This document shows, one piece after another, positions 1 through 8,156 of a DNA stretch of 56,849 nucleotides. The position numbers and the translations under genes are program-made. Source of the stretch: a virus (Duplodnaviria > Caudoviricetes); IMG/VR virus record IMGVR_UViG_3300033076_000987, positions 1 to 56,849 of that record; one strand, 5' to 3'. Numbering within the stretch: position 1 is the stretch's first letter; each line of letters starts with the position of its first letter. A model generated the notes under the pieces. That model saw only the letters and a program-made list of their open reading frames with translations, ran no database searches and was not told the DNA's origin.

Positions 1-311
1 GGTGCAACTGGACCTCAAGGTGGAGTTGGTGCAACAGGTGCTCAAGGTGCTGCTGGTACAAATGGAGCTCAAGGTGCTGCTGGAACAGCAGGTGCTCAAG
101 GTGCTAAGGGTGCTCAAGGTGCTAATGGAACAAATGGTGCTCAAGGTGCTGCTGGAACAGCAGGTGCTCAAGGTGCTGCTGGAACAAATGGAGCTCAAGG
201 TGCAACTGGACCTCAAGGTGGAGTTGGTGCAACAGGTGCTCAAGGTTCTGCTGGAACAAATGGTGCTCAAGGTGCTGCTGGAACAGCAGGTGCTCAAGGT
301 GCTAAAGGTGC
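1..311 (+). repeat. Near-identical ~110-nt direct repeat (1-113 vs 199-311) within the collagen-coding tandem array
   Basis: ggtgcaactggacctcaaggtggagttggtgcaacaggtgctcaaggt occurs at 1 and 199; similarity continues with a few, mostly synonymous, changes. Confidence 0.85.
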
Positions 312-615
312 AACTGGTGCTCAAGGTGCTGGATCTACTGGACCTCAAGGTGCTCAAGGTGCTACAGGTGCTCAAGGCGCTACAGGTGCTGGAATTACTG
401 GACCTCAAGGTGCTCAAGGTGCAACTGGACCAACTGGACCAACTGGACCAACTGGACCCGCAGGCATGGATGGCGCGGGTACAGGTACTTATAATCCAGG
501 TTGGTTAGGTGGATTTACCGGAGATTTTATGGTAACCGATGGAAGATCTATGTTAATGCTACATTTTTCAGATGGTGTATTAAAGGGTTATGATGATATG
601 GGACCTGCTATATAA
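1..615 (+). CDS. Collagen-like (Gly-X-Y) fibre protein, C-terminal part (5' truncated)
   Basis: Frame 1 reads [24 protein letters not shown]...[16 protein letters not shown], about 50 Gly-X-Y triplets with two Gly-Ala interruptions, then a short non-repeat tail ending TAA at 613-615. Missed by the ORF track because it has no start codon in the window. Confidence 0.93.
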   Translation, partial: GATGPQGGVGATGAQGAAGTNGAQGAAGTAGAQGAKGAQGANGTNGAQGAAGTAGAQGAAGTNGAQGATGPQGGVGATGAQGSAGTNGAQGAAGTAGAQGAKGATGAQGAGSTGPQGAQGATGAQGATGAGITGPQGAQGATGPTGPTGPTGPAGMDGAGTGTYNPGWLGGFTGDFMVTDGRSMLMLHFSDGVLKGYDDMGPAI

Positions 616-641
616 AATATAAAAATTAATTAAATACAATT

Positions 642-962
642 ATGACAACCAACTGGAATATAATCAAATTAATATGTAAAACGACAGATGTAAATTTATC
701 AAATGTTGTTTATAAAGTACAATGGGAATGTAAAATATCTGATACTTCTAATAAGTCTGTATCGGAATACGGTGTTTGTACACTTGGACAACCTGATCCT
801 AATACATTTATACAATATGATAATTTAACTAAAGTTGAAGTAGTTAATTGGGTAAAATCTACTTTAGGTCAAACTCTAGTTAATCAAATTGAAAATAGAC
901 TTAATGATAGACTTAACGAAGTCATATCTACAGTCTTTTTAGATCCACCGTTTACTAACTAA
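642..962 (+). CDS. Conserved phage protein, probably tail-fibre associated
   Basis: 106 aa directly after the fibre gene; the W..I..L / NVV..V.W / F..Y..LT..EV..WV pattern resembles small proteins that follow phage fibre genes. Confidence 0.6.
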   Translation: MTTNWNIIKLICKTTDVNLSNVVYKVQWECKISDTSNKSVSEYGVCTLGQPDPNTFIQYDNLTKVEVVNWVKSTLGQTLVNQIENRLNDRLNEVISTVFLDPPFTN

Positions 963-981
963 TAAATAATTAAATAATTTG

Positions 982-1009
982 AAAGCCTGAGCATGCTCAG
1001 GCTTTTTTT
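982..1009 (+). terminator. Rho-independent terminator
   Basis: Perfect palindrome aaagcctgagc-at-gctcaggcttt followed by a T-run. Confidence 0.85.
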
Positions 1010-1012
1010 ATT

Positions 1013-1038
1013 AAACAAAAATGAACGGATACATATAA
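1013..1038 (+). promoter_or_regulatory. Class II promoter variant AAAC-N16-ATATAA (overlapping GATACATA at 1028-1035)
   Basis: Same spacing as the other AAAC-N16-GTATAA sites; lies between the terminator and the oxygenase start. Confidence 0.5.
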
Positions 1039-1055
1039 TACGCAAAGATAATTAT

Positions 1056-1643
1056 ATGAATTTTCAGCAACAAACTAACGATCCTCAAAACTTCTATTGG
1101 TATAAAAATGGTTTTACCAGAGAAGAGTTAGATAAGATTTATGAAGATGTAGCTCAAATACCGTTTGAGCAAGCTACTATTCTTGGTGAAAATAATCCAG
1201 ATACTATTAAAGCTATTAGAAGTTCTTCTATAAAATGGATTCCTAAAGATCAAAATTGGCAATGGCTTTATGATAAGCTTATGAAAATGGCAGTTGAAGC
1301 AAATGAAACTTTATGGAATTTCGATTTAATTTCAGTTGATGATAAAATACAATATACTGAATACTATGATAACGAAGAAGGTCATTATACATGGCATCAA
1401 GATATTGGTCCTGGAAATGCTAGTAAACGTAAAATTTCTATAACTGTTCAATTGGCTGAGACTGATGAATATATTGGTGGAGATCTAGAAATGTGGGTTG
1501 GTGGAGATGGAATTATTACAGCAGAAAGAGGCGCAGGTGTTGTTTTCATATTTCCAAGTTATATGATGCATAGAGTTACTAAGGTAACTAAAGGTGTTAG
1601 AAGATCTTTTGTATTGTGGGTTGGTGGTCAACATTATCGTTAA
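1056..1643 (+). CDS. 2OG-Fe(II) dioxygenase (prolyl-hydroxylase/PKHD-like)
   Basis: HxD motif (WHQD), distal His (MMHRV) and 2OG-binding Arg (GVRRSFVLW). Start moved to ATG 1056, since the 993 start lies inside the terminator. Confidence 0.88.
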   Translation: MNFQQQTNDPQNFYWYKNGFTREELDKIYEDVAQIPFEQATILGENNPDTIKAIRSSSIKWIPKDQNWQWLYDKLMKMAVEANETLWNFDLISVDDKIQYTEYYDNEEGHYTWHQDIGPGNASKRKISITVQLAETDEYIGGDLEMWVGGDGIITAERGAGVVFIFPSYMMHRVTKVTKGVRRSFVLWVGGQHYR

Positions 1644-2665
1644 TGCAAGTTTTAATTTACGTAGGATACCAATCACAACCATTTAATGGTTCTACAGTTT
1701 CATCTTTAGGATTAGGTGGAACTGAACAAGCATGTACATATCTAGCAAATGAATTGGTTAAGCTTGGGCATAATGTTCATGTTAGTGGCCAAGTTATTAA
1801 CGAAACACATAAAAAAGTTATATGGGATAGTGAAGTATCAAATATGCATTTTGATGTGGTTATTGCAGCTAGTTACATTCACTACATTCCTGAATTAGCA
1901 GAAAGAAATGTAACTTACGATAGATCATTTTTCTGGGTTCATAACGAGGATTTCTTTCCATGGTGGAAAGGCGAATCTTTGCCAGAAAATGGAACTCTAT
2001 TTTTATCAGATTCTAGATTGACTGGAATCGTTTGCTTAACTGAATGGCATGCAAAACAATTCAAAGAAACTTATAATATTACTAAGCCTATTCATATTAT
2101 TGGCAATGGCATAGATACTTCTACATTTCCAAAAGCCAAGAAAAACTATAATCAATTCATTTATTCTTCTGCGCCCGATCGAGGTTTGATAACCTTATTA
2201 AGATGTTGGCCGATAATTAGAAAGTTTTGGCCAACCGCAGTTCTTAAAGTCTTTTCTCCAGGATATATGAGTGCCAAAGATATTGTTAGACGATACGGCA
2301 AAGCTGGCGTTCAATTTTATGGCACAGTCGATCAAACAACTTTACATAAACACATGGAAGAGAGTCAGTTTTGGCTACATCCAACAGATTATAAAGAAAC
2401 ATACTGTATTACTGCTTTAGAAATGCAAATGTGCGGTGTGGTGCCTATTACATCAGATCTGGCTGCATTGAACGAAACTGTTGGTGATCGAGGATTCTTG
2501 GTTTCTCATGAAACAAAGGATCCAATTCCATATATAAACATCGTTTCTAATCTCATGCATTCAAAAGAATTGATTAAGACTTATTCTAATAAAGGTCGAG
2601 CTTGGGCTAAATGTCAAACATGGAGAATGAGAGCATTAGAATGGAACAAATTAATAACGATATGA
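1643..2665 (+). CDS. Glycosyltransferase family 4 (GT-B)
   Basis: GLGGTEQ N-terminal motif, SSAPDRGL, ETYCITALE...G..PI.S..AAL.ETV donor-binding motif; TAATG coupling to the oxygenase stop. Confidence 0.88.
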   Translation: MQVLIYVGYQSQPFNGSTVSSLGLGGTEQACTYLANELVKLGHNVHVSGQVINETHKKVIWDSEVSNMHFDVVIAASYIHYIPELAERNVTYDRSFFWVHNEDFFPWWKGESLPENGTLFLSDSRLTGIVCLTEWHAKQFKETYNITKPIHIIGNGIDTSTFPKAKKNYNQFIYSSAPDRGLITLLRCWPIIRKFWPTAVLKVFSPGYMSAKDIVRRYGKAGVQFYGTVDQTTLHKHMEESQFWLHPTDYKETYCITALEMQMCGVVPITSDLAALNETVGDRGFLVSHETKDPIPYINIVSNLMHSKELIKTYSNKGRAWAKCQTWRMRALEWNKLITI

Positions 2666-3960
2666 AAATAGATCAAATTTACATAATCAATCTAACATCT
2701 TCGGTACAAGATATTACTGATAGAATAAACCAATTAGGTTTACCTGAAAATACACCATTCTTTATTATGAATGCTATAGATGGTAAAAAAGCAAATGAGC
2801 AATATGGTCAATATAAAGCTTATTCTGGTTGGAAAATTGAATCAGACAATAAATGGTGGAATAGAGATCTAACTCCTGGAGAAATAGGTTGTTCTTTAAG
2901 TCATGCAATTATTTGGAAAGATGCGTTAGTCAATAATTATCAAAATATCTTAGTTTTAGAAGAAGACTTTTTATCTACTGGTAATATTGCAATAGCAGAC
3001 ATAAAATTACCATTAGAGTATGATCTAATATATTTAGGTAGAAATAAAGTTGATGAATCTGTGCCAGAAGAAGAATTTGGAGATTTTTACATGCCTTCTT
3101 ATAGCTATAATACACATGCATATATGTTAAGTAGATCTGGCATTGAAAAATTAATAGCTTATGATTTACCAAATAATGTTATTCCAGCTGATGAGTTTTT
3201 ATCTGCTACATTTTGTTATCATCCAAGATTAGATATTAGAAATCTATTCGTAAATCCTAGCATAAAAGCATTTGCATTGAAAGAACAAGCAATTGGTCAA
3301 ATACCAACTAATATTAGACCTTCAACTATTGAAGTTGCCGATACGCCAAAATATGACATCTTAGATGCTTCAGATTGGGAATTATGGAAGTCTAAATACA
3401 TTGACAAAGTTATTGCACGTGGAGAATATGATTTGTTAGTTGATGAGATCGGACCTCAATATAGTAATATCTTTGAGTTTCCCTTATTCACTCAATTGTT
3501 CTGTGATGAATTAATTGCAATGGCTGAAGCTGAAAACAAATGGACTGAAGGTCGACATGAATTTTATCCAACTAACGATGTTCTTCTACAAGAATTAGGA
3601 CTCGGTGATATTTACAAAAGAGTTATCAGAGAAATTATAACCCCATTAGCTACGCACATTTGGAAATTAGAAGGTGCATGGTTAGCAAATCCAAGCGAAG
3701 AAACGTTTATGATTAAATATTCAATGGATAAACAGGGACACCTTTCATTACATCATGATCATAGTTACTTTACATGTGGTGTTAGATTGAATGACGAGTT
3801 TGATGGCGGTGGCACTTATTTTCCAAGATATGGTGTTTGTGTTACACCTAAAAGAAATGGTAATGCATTCATTCATCCCGGTGCAATAACACACAAACAC
3901 GGTGCACGTCCAATTCATGCAGGTGTAAGATACATTGTAGTTTCTTTTATTAGACCTTAA
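2662..3960 (+). CDS. Fusion of GT25 (COLGALT-like galactosyltransferase) and PLOD-like lysyl hydroxylase domain
   Basis: N-half: IYIINL, LTPGEIGCSLSH..IW, LVLEED, YDLIYLGR, YSYNTHAYMLS, IPADEFL. C-half: FPLFT..FCDELI, PTNDV, HHDHSYFT, GGGT.F.RY, HPG..THKHGARP...GVRYIVVSFIRP. ATGA overlap with the GT4 stop. Confidence 0.87.
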   Translation: MKIDQIYIINLTSSVQDITDRINQLGLPENTPFFIMNAIDGKKANEQYGQYKAYSGWKIESDNKWWNRDLTPGEIGCSLSHAIIWKDALVNNYQNILVLEEDFLSTGNIAIADIKLPLEYDLIYLGRNKVDESVPEEEFGDFYMPSYSYNTHAYMLSRSGIEKLIAYDLPNNVIPADEFLSATFCYHPRLDIRNLFVNPSIKAFALKEQAIGQIPTNIRPSTIEVADTPKYDILDASDWELWKSKYIDKVIARGEYDLLVDEIGPQYSNIFEFPLFTQLFCDELIAMAEAENKWTEGRHEFYPTNDVLLQELGLGDIYKRVIREIITPLATHIWKLEGAWLANPSEETFMIKYSMDKQGHLSLHHDHSYFTCGVRLNDEFDGGGTYFPRYGVCVTPKRNGNAFIHPGAITHKHGARPIHAGVRYIVVSFIRP

Positions 3961-3961
3961 T

Positions 3962-4393
3962 ATGAATATGCAATTTCAAGATGACTCAGCTGGTAATAGG
4001 ATCAGCCCAGTTTTAAATAACGGTACAAAGAATTTTATCATTGATATAGATGGTACCATTTGTGATGACATTCCAAATGAAGAAGCATGGAGAATGGCGC
4101 TTGCTAAAGAATTACCGGGTGCAAAACAAACTATCAATGAATGGTACGATCAAGGTCACATCATTACTTTCTTTACAGCAAGAACTGAAGAGCATAGAGA
4201 AGTAACTGAAACTTGGTTAAAAGAACATGGTTTTAAATATCATGATTTGATTATGAATAAACCAAGAGGTGGCAATTATATTGTTATAGATAATCACATG
4301 TTTGTTGCTAGCCATTATAGAGGCAATTGGTCTCAAGTTCAAACAGAAGTAGACAAAGCACACATAGAACCATACGAGTTTAAATTTCATTGA
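3962..4393 (+). CDS. HAD-superfamily phosphatase
   Basis: DIDGT motif I, FTAR motif II, KP..G.YIVIDN motifs III/IV; starts 1 nt after the previous stop. Confidence 0.85.
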   Translation: MNMQFQDDSAGNRISPVLNNGTKNFIIDIDGTICDDIPNEEAWRMALAKELPGAKQTINEWYDQGHIITFFTARTEEHREVTETWLKEHGFKYHDLIMNKPRGGNYIVIDNHMFVASHYRGNWSQVQTEVDKAHIEPYEFKFH

Positions 4394-4403
4394 TAAATAG
4401 ATT

Positions 4404-4646
4404 ATGAGCGACATTGACATGAAGTGTTTTATGATTAGTATTTACATCCATCACATGGATGTTGATATGCTATTTGATTTTCTTCATGAGAGGGTGAATA
4501 CTCCACCACCTTATTGGCACAACGAAGCGAGTTGTCCGCTATCAGTTTCTGGAGGATATGTTATGGTCACTTTAAATTACAGTCAATTCGATTTGCTGAG
4601 AGGTCGAAGAAGCTGGGATTTTAGCGAATTTGACAAAAACAATTAA
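4404..4646 (+). CDS. Hypothetical protein
   Basis: 80-aa ORF preceded by GATAAATA-N4-ATG. Confidence 0.6.
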   Translation: MSDIDMKCFMISIYIHHMDVDMLFDFLHERVNTPPPYWHNEASCPLSVSGGYVMVTLNYSQFDLLRGRRSWDFSEFDKNN

Positions 4647-4657
4647 ATTAATTAATT

Positions 4658-4765
4658 ATGGAAAAAGAAAGAAGCAAGTACCTTCTAAATGTAGATGGTA
4701 AGAAATTCAGAGCTAATTCACTTTTAGCATTGATTTTCAAGGTCTTAAGAAAAAAGAATTCTTAA
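4658..4765 (+). CDS. Small basic hypothetical protein (35 aa, MEKERSKYLLNVDGKKFRANSLLALIFKVLRKKNS)
   Basis: Read directly from the sequence; fills the gap with an A/T-rich leader; below the ORF-track cutoff. Confidence 0.5.
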   Translation: MEKERSKYLLNVDGKKFRANSLLALIFKVLRKKNS

Positions 4766-4767
4766 AT

Positions 4768-4793
4768 AAACCTTTTTGATCCTCTGTGTATAA
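4768..4793 (+). promoter_or_regulatory. Class II promoter AAAC-N16-GTATAA
   Basis: Exact recurrent motif and spacing. Confidence 0.7.
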
Positions 4794-4814
4794 TACACAA
4801 GATCTGATAACATT

Positions 4815-4844
4815 AAAGCCAGGATCTTAGATTCTGGCTTTTTT
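4815..4844 (+). terminator. Rho-independent terminator
   Basis: aaagccag...ctggcttt stem plus T-run. Confidence 0.75.
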
Positions 4845-4871
4845 ATTGGATCCATCTTAAAAAATTAAAGT

Positions 4872-5615
4872 ATGTACGGTTTAGAAGAATTAAAGCAGAT
4901 GGTATTTGTGGACATTGAGACCACAACACAAAAGGAAACTCTACAGGATCTCATTGACGAGAATCCCAATCTATTAGAGTATTGGCAATACAAATCAATG
5001 CAGTGCCGAGAACAAAATCAAACAGAACTTAAAGACATTAAAGACGATCACGAGATGTATCCTCGAATGGCTGGTTTGTATCCAGAATGGGGCCGAGTGG
5101 TTTGTATCTCTATTGGTCAAATCAAATTCAACGAACACGGAGATCCTATTTCTTTTGGTAAGAAAAGCTTTTATGGTGAAGACGAAAAGACTATCGTTGA
5201 AGAGTTCATGACAACTGCAAGTAAGATCTTTGCTAATTATCCTAAAATGAACTTTGTCGGTCATAACGTCAAGGGCTTTGATCTACCATTTTTGATTAAG
5301 CGTGCAATTATCCATGGTATTAGAGTACCTCAACAGTTCTGGTTACAAAAACAAAAGCCATGGGAAAACTGCTTATTAGATACGTACGAAATCTGGAAGT
5401 TTGGTGGTTACAATTCAGCTAAATTAGGCTTATTAACTGAGTTGCTTGATATTCCTTCACCAAAAGATTTAATGGCAGGTCCAGAAGTAAATCGTTATTT
5501 TTGGCAGGGTCGAATCGAAGAAATCAAGGACTATTGTGAAAAAGACATCGAGGCATCTGCAAATCTAATGTTAAGACTAAGTGGCAAACCTTTAATTGGA
5601 TCAGAGTCTATTTAA
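4872..5615 (+). CDS. DEDDy 3'-5' exonuclease (PolB exonuclease-like, stand-alone)
   Basis: ExoI DIET, ExoII GHNVKGFDLPFL, ExoIII YCEKD. Confidence 0.88.
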   Translation: MYGLEELKQMVFVDIETTTQKETLQDLIDENPNLLEYWQYKSMQCREQNQTELKDIKDDHEMYPRMAGLYPEWGRVVCISIGQIKFNEHGDPISFGKKSFYGEDEKTIVEEFMTTASKIFANYPKMNFVGHNVKGFDLPFLIKRAIIHGIRVPQQFWLQKQKPWENCLLDTYEIWKFGGYNSAKLGLLTELLDIPSPKDLMAGPEVNRYFWQGRIEEIKDYCEKDIEASANLMLRLSGKPLIGSESI

Positions 5616-5655
5616 TGTCATTTTGTCATTATTTTAGAAATGGCACACGGATTGA
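5616..5655 (+). promoter_or_regulatory. sigma54-like -24/-12 element (TGGCAC-N5-TTGA) with upstream TGTCA direct repeat
   Basis: TGGCAC at 5641-5646, GG-N10-GA spacing; TGTCA at 5616 and 5624; directly upstream of Hsp20. Confidence 0.55.
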
Positions 5656-5706
5656 TAATATTATCCTGAGCGCGGTGCTCAAATAAACAAATAAAAAATT
5701 AAAGCT

Positions 5707-6060
5707 ATGTTTTTTACATCAAGAGATTACACAGACCTTTTAAAAGAGTTGAACGATCTAAAGTGGACTTCAACTACAATTAAACGAAGAGACAGAGATT
5801 ACATCTATGAAAATGGTGTATTGGAGGTTTCTTTACCAGGTTATTCAAAGAATGAAGTTTCTATCGAGATTAAAGGCCTACAGTTAAACATTTCTGGTTC
5901 TACAGAAAATGGTGGTTTACTGAAACAAAGCTTTGAAAAAAGCTTTAGCTTACCAGAATCATTAGACACAAATAATGTGAAGGCTTCGATGGAGAATGGT
6001 ATCCTTAGAATTGAGTTTCAGGAAGCCAATGAGGGATCTAAAAAGATTAAGATCTCGTAA
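5707..6060 (+). CDS. Small heat shock protein (Hsp20/alpha-crystallin)
   Basis: LPG..K..V.I, FEKSFSLP, VKASMENGILRI signature. Confidence 0.92.
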   Translation: MFFTSRDYTDLLKELNDLKWTSTTIKRRDRDYIYENGVLEVSLPGYSKNEVSIEIKGLQLNISGSTENGGLLKQSFEKSFSLPESLDTNNVKASMENGILRIEFQEANEGSKKIKIS

Positions 6061-6062
6061 AA

Positions 6063-6147
6063 TGTTCGTAACTTTCTGAAAAAAGTTTAGCCCAAATTTT
6101 TTAGTTTGGGCTTTTTTGTGTATATTTGTATAGTTAATCAATCAAAT
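6063..6147 (+). promoter_or_regulatory. Class I (early, host sigma) promoter cassette with stem-loop
   Basis: TGTTCGTAACTTT box 6063-6075, hairpin agcccaaa..tttgggct 6089-6112, TATATTTG 6121-6128 matching the Bacteroidota -7 element TAnnTTTG. Confidence 0.72.
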
Positions 6148-6159
6148 AAAACAAACGAT

Positions 6160-6360
6160 ATGGAATCTAAAGTAAATATGATTATTCAAAGCCATCTAAG
6201 CGATGCATCTCTTGAAATGTCTTTTAACCATGAATTAGCTGCAATAAGAATTGACTTTGTCAAGTTTTTAGTTCATACCTATCCTGACACCGATGTACGT
6301 ATTGATGCTCAGTCAGTTTATGAGAACTGGTACACTGAACGATTTGGCGAAGAATCCTAA
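6160..6360 (+). CDS. Hypothetical early protein
   Basis: ATG 6160 after an A-rich leader; the ORF-track start at 6106 lies within the promoter. Confidence 0.7.
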   Translation: MESKVNMIIQSHLSDASLEMSFNHELAAIRIDFVKFLVHTYPDTDVRIDAQSVYENWYTERFGEES

Positions 6361-6367
6361 TCACCAG

Positions 6368-6441
6368 AAGCTGACCAGTGATTTTGTTAAATATAATAGC
6401 ATGTTTATTAAGTAAATGGAACAAAATCTGCTGGTGAGCTT
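6368..6441. repeat. Imperfect ~21-bp inverted repeat flanking a 31-nt AT-rich loop
   Basis: aagctgaccagtgattttgtt (6368-6388) vs aacaaaatctgctggtgagctt (6420-6441). Confidence 0.7.
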
Positions 6442-6460
6442 AAAAATAACTGAAAATAAA

Positions 6461-6492
6461 TTTTACCAGATCAAAAATATTTAGTATATTTA
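6461..6492 (+). promoter_or_regulatory. Class I promoter (TATATTTA)
   Basis: ttttaccagatcaaa...tagTATATTTAcag, nearly identical to the site upstream of 13620. Confidence 0.7.
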
Positions 6493-6512
6493 CAGTATAA
6501 AACAAAAACAAC

Positions 6513-6809
6513 ATGAATTACAACGAATTTGAAAACGATGACTTCTTTGAAGACGAACAAGATGAATTAGTTCAATTAAAAAAACAAGCTGACATGTTAG
6601 AACAAGCCGAAGCTGAAAAAGCAAGACAAGTTGAAGAAAACTATCAGATGCTAAGTCGCAAAGGTGTTGATTGGACTCAATTACCCAAAAACGAAGCTAC
6701 TCGATTGATTTCTACGATCAACGTAATGATCGAATGGTATATAGAGAACGGAGAACAATACGAAAAGTGTTCCACTCTTACAAAGATTATCAAACAAATA
6801 GAAAATTAA
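6513..6809 (+). CDS. Hypothetical protein with C-terminal E-x-YEKC (UVR-like) motif
   Basis: Acidic N-terminus; ...IEWYIENGEQYEKCSTL. Confidence 0.7.
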   Translation: MNYNEFENDDFFEDEQDELVQLKKQADMLEQAEAEKARQVEENYQMLSRKGVDWTQLPKNEATRLISTINVMIEWYIENGEQYEKCSTLTKIIKQIEN

Positions 6810-6831
6810 GCGTATCAGCACTTAGTTGACT

Positions 6832-6855
6832 AAGCCCTTTTATAAGGGCTTTTTT
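6832..6855 (+). terminator. Rho-independent terminator
   Basis: aagccctt-ttat-aagggctt plus T-run. Confidence 0.8.
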
Positions 6856-6857
6856 AT

Positions 6858-6865
6858 GATATATA
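6858..6865 (+). promoter_or_regulatory. Class III (late-type) promoter GATATATA, 4 nt before ATG
   Basis: Recurrent intergenic octamer; also at 11914, 15508, 17462, 23026, 28815, 30178, 43690, 53504, 55322. Confidence 0.7.
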
Positions 6866-6869
6866 GTTT

Positions 6870-7193
6870 ATGAAACACTTAAAATCAATGAAGGATTTTT
6901 CTTTTACGAAAGATTATAGAATTACAGAAGATTGGGCATCTGAGAATCCAGAATTAGACAATATTAGATATTTCAAAGGATCTGTTGAAGATATACATAC
7001 TTGGATGAGAAAGAAACTAAAGGAACAAGGCATGGAACCTGAAACAAATCCTTATCGTGATGTAAAAATGGTTAACGGACCACAACAAGGTCAAAAAGAC
7101 AAATCATTACCTTATCAAGATTTTCAAAACGGGGAATCTGACTTAGTAAAGAATAGACACAATGGAAAAACAACAAGTAACCGAGCTAATTAA
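6870..7193 (+). CDS. Hypothetical protein with capsid-targeting-like N-terminus (MKHLKSMKDF)
   Basis: N-terminus shared with the 15864/16537/17084 products; late-type promoter. Confidence 0.65.
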   Translation: MKHLKSMKDFSFTKDYRITEDWASENPELDNIRYFKGSVEDIHTWMRKKLKEQGMEPETNPYRDVKMVNGPQQGQKDKSLPYQDFQNGESDLVKNRHNGKTTSNRAN

Positions 7194-7350
7194 AGTTTTA
7201 ACTAGAATTGCTAACGCGCTAGAAAAAACTGAGCCCATTGACAAGAAAAAGATTGCTCATGAAGAGAAAATCAGGGATCTTGAAGAAAAGCTTAAACGAT
7301 TACAAATCGCTCAATTAATCAGAGAACATAACACTGATCCAACTATCTAA
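7162..7350 (+). CDS. Small coiled-coil hypothetical protein
   Basis: 62-aa ORF ending 2 nt before dnaJ. Confidence 0.6.
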   Translation: MEKQQVTELIKVLTRIANALEKTEPIDKKKIAHEEKIRDLEEKLKRLQIAQLIREHNTDPTI

Positions 7351-7352
7351 GT

Positions 7353-8156
7353 ATGAATTACTATGATGTATTAGGAGTTAGTGAATCTGCTACGCAGGAA
7401 GATATTAAAAAAGCCTATAGAAAATTGGCTATTCAATATCATCCTGATAAAACTGGTGGTGAAGATACTAAATTTAAAGAAGTTGCTCAAGCTTATGAAA
7501 CATTAGGTAATGAGCAAAATCGACAGGCTTATGATCGTAAGCGCAGAGATCCATTCTCTGATCCAAATTTCTTTAATAATATGAATGGCAGTGATAATCT
7601 CGCTGATCTATTCAATCAAATGTTTGGTAATCAAAGAAATCCTAATGCAAAGGGACCTGATGTTAGAGTTCAATTATTAATTACATTTGAAGAAAGCTAT
7701 TTTGGTTGTTCTAAAATCCTAGATCTAGGTGCTGGTGAATTTACTGTTAAGATACCAAGAGGCGTAGCTAATAATAATAATTTAAAGGTTTATGGTCAAG
7801 GACAAAATAATCCTTATAATTACAATGCACCTCGAGGTGATGCTATTATAACTATTCATGTTCAACCAAATGATACATTTGTAGTAAATGGAATAGATAT
7901 ATGGATTGATATTAATTTAAACTGGTGGGATATTCAATTGGGCTGTGATGTATTAATTGATCACCCAGAAGGTAAATTAAATATTAAAATTCCAAAGGGT
8001 ACCCGACCGGGAAAAATATTAAGAGTTAAGGATAAGGGGATGCATACACAAAATGGAATGGTTGGAGCTTTGATGTGCAAAGTTAATGCAGTTTATCCTG
8101 AATTAAACGAAGAACAATACGAATTAATAAAAAGAATAAAAGATGTTACTATTTAA
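7353..8156 (+). CDS. dnaJ: DnaJ-class (CbpA-like) co-chaperone
   Basis: [21 protein letters not shown]-domain, G/F-like linker and DnaJ_C domain; no Zn-finger. Confidence 0.93.
   Translation: MNYYDVLGVSESATQEDIKKAYRKLAIQYHPDKTGGEDTKFKEVAQAYETLGNEQNRQAYDRKRRDPFSDPNFFNNMNGSDNLADLFNQMFGNQRNPNAKGPDVRVQLLITFEESYFGCSKILDLGAGEFTVKIPRGVANNNNLKVYGQGQNNPYNYNAPRGDAIITIHVQPNDTFVVNGIDIWIDINLNWWDIQLGCDVLIDHPEGKLNIKIPKGTRPGKILRVKDKGMHTQNGMVGALMCKVNAVYPELNEEQYELIKRIKDVTI

Noticed and set aside
2-508. 168-aa Leu/Val/Gln/Lys-rich ORF in the track
   Set aside because: It is the +1 shadow frame of the collagen repeat; frame 1 gives clean Gly-X-Y with a proper C-terminal domain and stop.
1-4393. Eukaryotic or giant-virus (NCLDV) origin suggested by collagen plus PLOD/COLGALT-like enzymes
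   Set aside because: Contiguous with T4-like baseplate, neck, gp32 and primase genes, bacterial ribosomal proteins, operon coupling and rho-independent terminators of uniform style.
5668-5680. Small hairpin gagcgcggtgctc in the Hsp20 leader as an RNA thermometer
   Set aside because: Too short, and it does not cover the start region.
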